Of a DNA stretch of 64,000 nt, positions 12,541 through 23,311 are shown piece after piece. Numbering within the stretch: position 1 is the stretch's first letter; each line of letters starts with the position of its first letter. The notes beneath the pieces were generated by a model. The model made no database searches. It was not told the origin of the DNA and was given only the letters and a program-made list of their open reading frames with translations. This stretch comes from Sarea resinae. Its lineage: Eukaryota. Both the position numbers and the translations under genes were made by a program. The DNA lies in contig JAPEUD010000037.1 of the NCBI GenBank assembly GCA_026026165.1, forward strand, positions 62,001 through 126,000, given 5' to 3'.

Positions 12541-13140
12541 ATACTACTTATACTACTTATACTGTCACCACCCCTTCTGACATCTACTGCATGCCCTGGG
12601 CATGAGCATGAGCATGAGCATGAGCATGAGCATGAGCATGGAGCACAGGGGCTACGCGGCCCCGACCGACCCTCCTGATCCCAATACGTAAAGCGGCTCC
12701 TAGATGCGAGACGCACCCAAGAAGTGATTGTGATTGTGATTTGAGTCATCCCATCTCCACACATCCCGCGAGGATACTCACAGATGCATTTTTGTTCTTT
12801 CGTTCTTTTTTTTCGTCCTGCATTACATTTACCTTGGGTTTTTTCGTTTTGGGGTTTTCCTACAAGTACATACATAGACCGCCTTGCTTCATACCTATCC
12901 TTGATGAGATCATCGGGATACGAAGAGGCAGAGGGGTCAGCAGCGCGGACCGTCGATACACAAGAAAGAAGTAATACGAAACAAGAGAAAAAGCAACGGG
13001 AGAAGCGCTTCGGGCGGGATTAGTAAAGCTATCCTGATTCCTTTCCTTTCCTTTCCTTCCCTTTCATTTGCCTTCCCGATTGGATATTTTCGGCTGAGCT
13101 GCCGCGCCCTGCCCTGCCCTGCCGTGCCCTATACTCCCAC
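11640..13140. repeat. Dense microsatellite / low-complexity cluster between convergent genes
   Basis: (AGA)n ~12208-12285, (TAC)n ~12488-12560, (CATGAG)n ~12601-12640, (GGGC)n, poly-T then poly-A ~12114-12150, (CTATG)n, (CTGCC)n, (TACC)n. Confidence 0.95.
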
Positions 13141-13226
13141 TCCTTCCTTCCCTCGGGTATCAGCTGATACCCGAGGGGACGAGACATGCCCATGTTAGCT
13201 GGATGAACGTGCGTCTCACAAAGTGC

Positions 13227-15511
13227 TTACGCACCCGGTGGAGGTGGTGGAGGCGGCTGATCGCTGGGAGGCTGTGGAAAATGTGAGCATATGAATTGAA
13301 AACGACGGGAAAAAAAGACTTACAGGAGGCGGAGGAGCGTCACCCGGCGGTGGCGGTGGAGGCGGGCTGCCCGCACCAGGAGGGGCGCCGTAACCTTGAA
13401 ACAAAGCACCCAGCCCAGGAGGAGCGCCCAGACCACCAGCAGCGCCGGGAAGGCCTGGAGGCGCGCCCATCCCGTGAGGAGGCGGCGGAGGAGCAGACGG
13501 GTCGCCATAGCTCGAGGAGCCAGGATAGCCGCCGTAACCGCCGTAACCGGGAGCACCACCTGGCGGCGGCGGAGGCTGATGCCATGGCGCGGCACCACCT
13601 GGAGGAGGCGGAGGAGCGTCGTAACCGCCGTGACCACCATAGCCACCGTATTCGCCAGCTGGGGCTCCACCGGAACCACCGGCCCATGGGGGTGCGCCAC
13701 CATTGCTACGGTAGTCGTCGCGGGGTGGTCCACGATCATCACGACCACGCTGTTGCCAGGGGGCAGGACCGCCGGTTGGGCCGCGTTGCCAAGGCTTGAG
13801 ATCACGGTCACCACGATCACCGCCGTATGAGTCGGGGCGCGCGTTGTCGTAACCTCCTGGGCCAGCTTCGATACGTTGGGGAGCACCGTCGCCGGCAGGG
13901 GCACCTCCCGAAAGCTCTTGCATGAGCGACTAGAAATCCATAAGCATTAGGTCAATAAAGAGGATGGCACTACTGACCTCGTATTCACGATCGACAGCAT
14001 CCCCTGCACCGATAGCTCTCGGGGGACCACGGCCAGGTTCTGCTCCACGATCATTGTTGCGCCAGTCCGCGCCTCTCTGTCGGTCGGGGCAATCTCGAGC
14101 CATGTGACCAGCATTACCGCAAACGCGACAGATGATGTTGGCGGTGAAGTTGCGCTGCTCGGGACAGTCATATTTACGATGGCCGATTTGTCCACCTGGA
14201 CGATTAGTATGGAGGGTAGAAGAGGTGAAAAGCCACTCACAATTCTGACAAGCTTGGTTCTCGTCGTCACGAAGAGTACCGTTGAGGGCGGCAAGTTCAC
14301 GAAGCTGGTTACGCTTCAATTCATTCTGCCCCTCAGGAATGGAAGCAGCCTTTGTTAAATTAGCGCTGGGCCTATGAAAGAGAACACCAAGACATACCGT
14401 TTCAATGACATTGTGAATAAGCTTCTTCGCCTTGTTCACCTTGTCTTCGGTGTCGGCCATGATCAAACAATGAAGGTCTTCTTCCTGGTTGCTGGTGTGA
14501 GCCGCGTCGGAGCGCCCTTTTCCTTCCTTGACGGATCCTTTGCCTCGGATGGCGATCTTAGCACCTGATTCTGTTTCCATCTTCTTCAGAGTGTTTCCAC
14601 GAGGTCCGATAAGCAGTCCAACTTAGTAAAAAAGAAAGCGCGCTGTGTTAGTATAAGATCAATGATATAGGTAAAGCAACGAGTAGCAAATGTGGGTTAG
14701 TGGTAGAGTCATGCTGCATCCTCCAAGGGATGCCGCACGCATCACCAAAAGGAAAAGAATGGAAAGGTTAGAGGTTAGAAATCGAGGGTTAGTTATCATA
14801 CTGAAGTTAATCTCCGGGTAGTCATTGACCGGTACATAGACTTTCTCCTGCGTCTTAGTTGGACGTCTATAATCAGACGGCGGATGATAGTTTGGAATCA
14901 CTTTCATCGCCTTTTCGATGAGCTTGTGGCGTTCCTCCTCCAGACGCTTTCGATAGCGGTACTCTCGAGTGTTGACACGACGACCGAAGTTGTCATACTG
15001 TGGTGGGGGAGATGGGGATCTAAAGCGGCGTCAGGATGGAGAGACAAGATGGGGGAAAGGGATCTCACCTGTCGCCATCAGCAGGCACGACGTCGTTGAT
15101 TCTCAGCTTCTGACTGATCTCTTCAATGCGCAAGTGCAGCGTATAAGCCTCGAGCTGCTCGTTGGTCATGTTGGCCATGATCATGGTCGGAAGACCCATG
15201 AGACCGGCGGCCTTGTTCTCCTGAGCATCACCCCAGCGGTTTCTCTTCTTGCGCCTCCTGGCACCGTCCTCGGGCGGTTCAGCTGGCGAGATGTTAGACG
15301 ACAGGACCGAGATAGCCGTCCGTAGAGAGGACTCACATCGGAGAGGGCTTCGGCCACGCTTGGTCCCAGCTTCGGAGAGGCCATTCGCTGGCTGCGAGGG
15401 GTTGTAGCCTCCATCATCATTGGACGTGGCCGGGGAGCCGTCACCAAAGCGACGACGACTGCCAAGAGGGATGTTGTTCGAACCAGTGATGCCTTGATTA
15501 CGCCACGCCAT
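13227..15511 (-). CDS. MSL5: Branchpoint-bridging protein BBP / splicing factor 1 (KH-QUA2, zinc knuckles, Pro/Gly-rich tail)
   Basis: [13 protein letters not shown] motif; [45 protein letters not shown] domain; [23 protein letters not shown]2; two CCHC knuckles; several GT-AG introns; stop 13227-13229. Confidence 0.97.
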
Positions 15512-16441
15512 GTTGACGGACAGTGGTGGTCGAGGGGGAGAGTAAAGTCGGCGGAGGGATAAGAGGTGAGAGAAAGACGTCGAAGATGCGAAGACGAGGA
15601 CCGACCAGGTCAAGGACGAGGACAAGGTCGATATCGCAGTAGAGTGAGTACTACGTAGTACTTGGCCGTCCACTGCAGACAAGGGGAAACTGAAGTACCG
15701 GGTCGTACCGCGCCCAAGCGGTCCCGATCGAGTGAAGTGTGGCGACAGCCGAGAATGGCTCATGCACGTGATGGTGACGAGCTCTGATCGCGTGTGAGCT
15801 CCCGTCCCTGCGAACGCTGAAGACGCTGAAGCATTCCGACGCTCATGGTCCGGAGACTGTTTCCCATACTAGCAATGAGAGCGGTGCAGATATCACTATT
15901 ATAACACGTATCAACAATGGAACGCAGTCACACTCCAAGCCTCCTACGATGATCCGTCCGCCCGGGTGAGAAAATGGCCATCCCCATTCTCTGTCTCCCC
16001 GAGTCTCTGTCTTGCGAGCAGCACCTCAAGAGTCAGCAGTAAATCCGATCCGAGACTTGTACTATGAGTATGCTGCGTCTTCGTAGCAACTCCGTAGTAT
16101 GCAGTAGAGCAGAGTCCCGAGTAGAGAGATGATTACTCAGCACGGCTTTATCACTATTCACCCTTACGCAGTACGGCGGTGCTTTCAAAGCAGCCCAGAT
16201 GACAAATCTGCTGCATCATGGTGGGCAGGAGGGGGATCACTGTTTACAGTACTGTCCCAACTGCACCCCACCACACCCCTCCTACACAAAACACACCACA
16301 GAACTGCAAACATATAAACTCGCCCCAATCGCTCTCGAATTTAACTCCCAGACACAACATCGAGATCCCCAAGGCCGTCTCTTTTTCGAAATTTGAATGC
16401 TCTCTCGCGTCTCGCAATTAAGCAAGCACCTAACCCGCACC

Positions 16442-17296
16442 ATGGCGTCCAAGACCAGAACCCCAGACATCACCCTCTACACGACGCAGACCCCCAATGG
16501 AATCAAGATCTCCATCACGCTCGAGGAGCTCGGGTGAGATCCCCCCCGCCCTCCCCGTTCCCCTATGACCAAAGCGCTCTACACAGAAGAAGACGGACTG
16601 ACCACGTACCACACACATAGCCTGCCGTACAAGACCGAGAAGATCGACATCTCAAAGAACACGCAAAAAGAGCCGTGGTTCCTGGCCATCAACCCCAACG
16701 GCCGCATCCCGGCGCTGACGGACAAGTTCACCGACGGCAAGCAGATCAACCTGTTCGAGTCGGGCTCGATCATGCAGTACCTGGTGGAGCAATACGACAG
16801 CGGCGCGCACAAGATCTCGTACCCGGCCGGCTCGCGCGAGACGTACGAGGTCAACAACTGGCTGTTCTTCCTGAACGCGGGCGTCGGGCCCATGCAGGGC
16901 CAGGCCAACCACTTCAACCGCTACGCGCCCGAGCGGATCCCGTACGGCATCAACCGCTACCTCAACGAGACGCGCCGGCTGTACAAGGTGCTGGATACCC
17001 ATCTCGCCGGCAGCGCTTCCGGCTACCTCGTCGGCGACAAGTGCACCATTGCCGACATCGCCCATTACGGCTGGATCTCGGCCGGACCGTTCGCGGGCGT
17101 CGAGCTGGAAGAGTTCCCGAATCTGAAGAAATGGCAGGTGCAGATGAGTGAGCGGGACGGGGTGAAGAAGGGCCAGGACGTCCCGGAGCCGAACAAGATG
17201 CTCGAGCTGTTGAAGGATCCGGCCGCGTTGAATGAGTATCTCGAGAAGAACAGTAAGTGGGTCGTGGAAGGCATGAAGCAGGATGCGAAGAAATAG
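16442..17296 (+). CDS. Glutathione S-transferase, Ure2p/YghU-like class
   Basis: TPNGIKISITLEELG|LPY, NPNGRIPAL, FESGSIMQYL, GVGPMQGQANHF, YLVGDKCTIADIA; intron 16534-16620. Confidence 0.95.
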
Positions 17297-17573
17297 ATCA
17301 AGCAGGAGAGGAAAAAAAGCGCTGCATGCTGATTTGACTTGAAATCCGTGCAAGGCAAGGGGCTGGTCGTGATGAAGATTAAAGAGTGAAGAATCATGAT
17401 GAAATATTCCTATAGACTCGACGTCTGCCGTGCGACGCCCAAGTATGCAATGCTTATGCTATGATACACGTCTATCGTACAATGTGATCGTGAATCTCCG
17501 CCTTCTATTACCATACTCATATATTAGTCGCCACCTCTGCAGTGGTCTGCCAGGAATAATTCGAGCTAACGAG

Positions 17574-20520
17574 CTAATCCAATGCATGCGGCTGCTGCTG
17601 CTGCTGCTGCTCCAGCCCCTCCAAGTAACCCCTATCCAGACGGTCGACCAGCTGATACGCCGAAGTCACAAACTCCTCAAACGACCGTGGTGGCGCTTCT
17701 GCCTCTTTCTCTGCCACTACTGCCTGACCAGAAGAAGAGGCAGGCAATTGCTTCGCGGGATCGGATTGCTCGTCATTGAGGCCGGCAGTGGTCGGGTCCT
17801 CCGAGGCTCGTTCAGGAGCCGCAGCAGGAGCGACGTCATTTCCCTCGGGTTTCTCGGCCTCTGGAGCAGTAGTGGATCTACTAGCTTTGGCTAATTGGTC
17901 GAAGAAACTATAGAGTTTCGAATACTCTGCATCACTGGAAGGAGCATCAGGCGAAGGAGTAGCAGGCGTCGGGTTAGTAGGAGGAGGCGTAGCAGCCGGA
18001 GCAGTACCAGGAGAAGGAGCTTCGGGCGAAGGATCCATAGGCGAATAAGTAAAAGGCAAAGGCGTATCAGGCAAATGCCTTTGCATGCGCAACGCCAACT
18101 CTCCTCTGCGGCCGCCAATCCGGCCGGACTCGATACTGCTGTAGACGGCGGTCCATCCGTCAAAGTCAAAGGCCAGATGTTGTCTGTAATCGAGGCCGGC
18201 AAAGAGATAATCCATCTCCTCTCCGTCATTCTTCCCCTTCTCTACTGAGGAGTCTTTCGGATCTCGACGCATCAGTCGCGAAGGGATTCTGAGCTTCAGC
18301 GTTGGGGGCGCATGGAGACGACCTCGACCGGACAGCTGGAGGTTGCTCTTCTCGAGAAAGTCCCGGATGTGCTGGTCTTGCCAGGGATGAAGCAGCTTCA
18401 CGGCCGAGTGCGTCGTGAAAGCCAAGTCTAATGAGCTACTTGGCATCATCAGATCTGCCCTCCGCTTGTCGATGATAGCCGAGATATCCTTCAGGGTAGT
18501 CTCCTGTGTCTGTCCGTTGATCGAGACAATAACTTCGACAGGCGGCAACAGATCGAGTGCACTTTTCCCCATCGAGGACCAAGGGGACGGGATCAAGCGC
18601 AGACGAAGGTCTTGAGTTGTTTTAGAATGTTGAAAGTCCAAGTTGCTGAGCATAGTGGAATTACTGGTGACTGAGGTAGAAATGACGCGGTAATCCTGGG
18701 TTTTCTTCAACGCTTCGATGCTGGCTGATTTGACCATTTGGGGGCTGGGTATTCCGTGAAGAACATGTCCGACGACAGCAAAGGTTTCTTGAGAAAGCTG
18801 CTCTTGCCATATGGAACTGGGCTCATCATTTCCCCCTCCATCAGTTGGTGAAGCGGCTTGGATTCCAGTGAGGCCCGCTGCAGGCTCGTCTGGTCCGTCT
18901 CGTTCCAAGCTTTCGATCAGCGCCGGGACGATATGATTTCCCCGTAGATATTGCTCAATCTTTCCACAAACCTCTGTATCAGGCTCACGCAGACCAGCAT
19001 CAACATCTTTTTGATTAGAGCCGGGTGAAGACGGATACTTGAAACGCGCCCATTGCATTCTGCGGTCATTCCAAGCTAAGCCCGAGCCAGGATATTCGGG
19101 GTACAAAAAGCCTTCCATCTGAGAAGAATGGGTCGCGCACTCAAGATGCGATGCGACTTCTGTAGAAGATCCAACAGTAGACAACAGCAGGCGTCTTGCA
19201 TCGTCTGCATCCGTAGTCTTGGGGCCAAGATAATGAACAATGACCTTCTAAAAGATTAGTGACCAGATCTCTCGAGAGGGAATTTTTCTGACCTTTGAGG
19301 TGTTCGCCTCTTCCTCCAGCACAGTCCCCGTTAGGCCAGCAATCAAATCTCTTGTACGAAGATCAACAGCCCAAGGCGAGCTCTTCGCCTTCTTAGAACC
19401 TCGAAGAGGCTCCATATCCACCACGATCTGACGGACATTACTCAAGACGCTTTCGATATCTCTCACCACAGAGTTACACGCATATTTGTCTGCTGTGATA
19501 CGAATGAGACCCCGAGCACGAGAGACGTCAATCTTGGCCAAGCGCCTTTCCGCAAACCGTTTGAGGAAAATGCGATCTGAGAGCGGGTCAGTAAGCTCGG
19601 CTTTGCTGAAGGATACGGCTACTTCTCGGCTCACTTTCAGATAATAGGAGAGAGAGATCTTGCGACCGAACTTGAACTTCAAGCTCTCCAGTAGACTCTA
19701 TCTCTTCCTGCACCTCTAAGTGCCAGCGATGTCGACAAATACGCTCGGCTATTATCTCCTTCCTTGTTGTCGGCTGCGGGCCTGGATGAGGGCGCGATCG
19801 GCTCAGCCCGAGTTCTGAAAATGGTGTCTGGCCTTGAAGCCATTCGGTCTTTGCCAGTAAACTTGTTCTCTCCTTGCTGGCCTTTGACGGAGAAGTTTGC
19901 CGACGTTTTCGGGAAGAATCGGTTTGTTCTGCCGGATGCAGGTAAAGAGCAAGCTGTGCGATTGTAAATCCATCATTGAGCTTCGAAGATATTCCCTCAA
20001 AATCTTTCCGTGAGACGACTCTGTCTACAGGCCGTAGCGCCTCGATGTTCTGGTTGACGTGCTCTTGATCCACCAAGCCTCTCTCAGCCTCAACGGAAGC
20101 TAGTAATTCCAGCCCAGTCATATGCTCTCTCTCTGCATCCGCAATAGATATAGGGTCGGATTTAGCATCATCGGGCCGATTCTTTTTTGCATCCCGGAGG
20201 ATGATCACCTCAGATGGGTTGCCAAAGGTTTTGACATCGAGGCTGGCGGACCCTTCACGGAGCTCCTTCCCCTTCTTCCCTCGCAATTTTCCAAACGGAT
20301 GAGCTGTATTCCCTCTCCCGGAGTTGGAACGTACTCGAAGCTTTGGACCCTCTTTTGTTGCACTATTGGAGCTCGTAGAATTAAAGCGAATAGGTGGAAT
20401 TGAGGTCGTAGTGGCAGCTTGCGCCGAAGCCCGTTGGTAGTTGCGCTCCGCATAGCTCAGCGTGCGCTGTAGATGGCATCGGAGACATACTGTCGCGCCG
20501 GGTCTGGTAGACGCAAACAT
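17574..20520 (-). CDS. SLS1: Mitochondrial inner-membrane-bound regulator (Sls1-like), three exons
   Basis: Presequence-like N-terminus (MFASTRPGATVCLRC...RFNS); motifs FGNPSEVIILRD, GFTIAQLALY, WHLEVQEEIESTGELEV that I recall from the SLS family; introns near 19585-19633 and 19245-19290. Confidence 0.65.
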
Positions 20521-20943
20521 GTATAAGGAAGTGGAGAATGAGAGGAAAGGCTGCTCAGGGTGCAGCTTGCTATTTGTTTGCTCGAAATGGAATTTTGTGA
20601 TGGTATCGCCTAGATCTTTGACCTTTACAAAACGCATCAGTGGTCACCTCGCTTCACCGTAATATAATCACAAACTAAAGGGGTATGGATCTACCCCCTA
20701 CTCGAAAGAGAAAATTATTATGGCATCATCGCCATATTGGTGCAACGGCCTTCTCAAAGCTCAGGATCCATGATGATTCCGGTCTCGTTCTCTGTTTAGA
20801 CTCATCCGTCTTAAACAAGCTACATCGAATGTTTCGAATCTCAAAGAGCGAGTGAGGCATCCAAGAAAAATTATTAACAGCCGGCTGCGCGTACTGTAGT
20901 TGAAGTTTCGCCCCTTTCCGCCCCTAGATCCTCGTACATGTGC

Positions 20944-22481
20944 CTACCCATCCCCTTCCTCAACAGTGACCACTCCACCCCGCCTAAAGGCACCAATGCC
21001 CCTCGCCAGCGCGAGCGCAATCTGCAACCCAGGTCCAGGCGCCTCCCCGTCCTCTGCCCGACGAATCTCGTCAGCTGGGATAGAGATACGGCATTCCAAC
21101 CCCGAATTAGCTATATACCTCGCCCTGAGCGCCGGAATACCGAGACGATGTTGCAAATCCTGGATTTTAACTTCACTTTCCTCATCTTCTGAACTTATTT
21201 CTCTTCCTGATTCGGTTGTGTTTCTCGAATGCTGTGATGGAGAAGGAGAAGGAGTAGAAAGATCTAGATGCACCAAGTCCGCTGCGTGATTTTTTCTCTC
21301 GCCACTGAGGCTCAGAGGGGATGGGAATTGCAATCCAGGCCCCCGAGGAAGAGCAGTCGAAGACGAAGGTGAAGATGAGATGGTGACAACAGTAGCAGAG
21401 GACTTGAGATATGGTCGTATATTGTGCGTGTAGTATTCCACAAGCGCCGTTCCTGTTTCAGCCTCCCTTACCGATTCCATCCGGCTGAGAGGCTCCGTCG
21501 CGGCGGAGAAGATTAATACGTCGACGTCAATGAGTATTTCGGGCGTCAAGGACGCAGTTTGCTGGAGATCGGTGGTTGCGAGAGCGGTCTGGTGCTCGAC
21601 GTCTTCTGTGTTGGCAGTATATACCAAAGATGCAGAGTCGCCCATGTGTGTAGGGAATGGGACGGGTATGCAAACCAGAAGCTTTGGCTGCAAGGGTAAG
21701 GCTGTGGCGCGGAGGGTGTCTGTATAGATTTAGCCTGTTAGTATGATATTAGATCGGGCTGCCATAGCGCCAGAACCGCATCATCTCTGTCGATGGTATA
21801 AGTTGCGTAGAAGAAAGTAATAGTAGGTTATTTGGGGATATCATGAAAGAGGAAGCAATATTGGCACCAGACCGATCAGGACGAGTGCTGAGGACCCCAC
21901 GTATCATACAAGCAAGATAGGTTCGAGGTTGCGCCTCTCGCTGACTTCTGGCCGACTGATGCATTTGGGAAAAGAAATATAGAAAGAAGGATTGAAAATA
22001 AAAATAAAATCCGAAGATGTCCCAATTCACCTCATTCCGACACGAACAAGACAGAGAAGAAAAGAAGCGCGAATGAAAAGAAAAGACGGAGTAGGGCAAT
22101 CAATCGAAAGGAGTACGAACCCCTGAGATTCAATCCCACTGCCCTCCCAACATCCCCATACCCCACAACAACCACCTTCTTCCCAGCCAAACATGTCATA
22201 TCGACCTCCTCCTCACTGACCACTCTCGTATCAGTCTCGGTCTGCATAGGCAAACCCATTTTGCTCGTCACGCTTCCCGCACTGCTCGTCCGAGGCCTTC
22301 CTGTCAGAGCGATATTCCGTAAATCTGTCGCTGCTGTATTTCTCCGCACTTGAAGCTCCTCGGTAGGGCTGTAGTTGCTGTGTCGTTGGTGCGCTTTATA
22401 TCCCACGCCACTCAGGACGAAAACCGTGATGACAGGGGTGGTGGTATACAGGATCTTTTTTATCCCGCTCCTCTTGAACAT
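20944..22481 (-). CDS. Divergent ketol-acid reductoisomerase (IlvC) N-domain-like Rossmann protein with N-terminal hydrophobic segment
   Basis: Exon 1 22121-22481 and exon 2 20944-21719 joined in frame by intron 21720-22120 (GTTCGT...TACTAAC...TACAG), 378 aa. Motifs [71 protein letters not shown]. Confidence 0.6.
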
Positions 22482-23311
22482 TTCACTGCATTTCTTCGTC
22501 TCGTCTTATCTCATACTGTCTCGGAGATTATCATTTCCATTCCCTTCTGTATTTCAACGCACATGTCAGTAGTGTAGAATATATCAAGCCGCACCATGTT
22601 TATGGGTTCGTCAATAATGGCATGGCGTGGTGGTGTGGCTGTGGCGAGCGGAGAAATGGACCCCTGCTATCTGGCCCTTTGATTAGGCTACTCCGGAGTA
22701 CTTGAAACCGAGACAAATCCGGGGTCCGGGGTAGTCTAGGTACTCGCCACCCATATGATCATACCGCCTATCAAATTGCTTCACCAGGGCATTAGCCGGC
22801 TTGCATTACCTACTACGTAGGAGGCCCTCCTTTCATCATCACAAGACATAAATACAGGCCGTGATTGTGGAATGTATTACTAAGTCCTATCGCTCTACGT
22901 CTCGAACTACAGACATGCTCATAGTGCCTTACTGTTCCTATCGTACAGTCGCAAATGCCGCTCGCTCGCTGAATTGAAAAAAAAGGACCCTAGTACTTGC
23001 TTGCCAATCCCATGTGCATTCCTCCTCTTCTATGGTCGATTGATGAAATGCCACGATATAAAATAAGAGCAGATAGGAAAAAAGAAACAGCTGAAGAAGG
23101 GGAATCATAGTTATTTCGTTTCATGTCATTTCTTTCCCTGGCTTCCAGGACCCCAGCAATGCGGTGCAGTGACGATGTAGAATGAGGAAGTAAAGGAGTG
23201 CAAAAATGGAAAGCGATGCTTTCCAATCAATCGAGTAAACCAAGCCAAGCCATATCTATGCAGGCGAGAAACTGGCACGACGTTATCAGCAAGACCGCGA
23301 GCAAGGATGGC

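Noticed and set aside
12206..12875. Poly-R, poly-Y, poly-S and poly-L ORFs
   Set aside because: Translations of microsatellites.
17285..17335. GST C-terminal AKK or stop read-through as a cryptic PTS1
   Set aside because: AKK is not a PTS1, the stop context is not TGA-CTA, and the extension ends in AAC.
16652..17353. 233-aa antisense ORF over the GST
   Set aside because: Shadow of the high-GC3 sense gene; no independent motifs.
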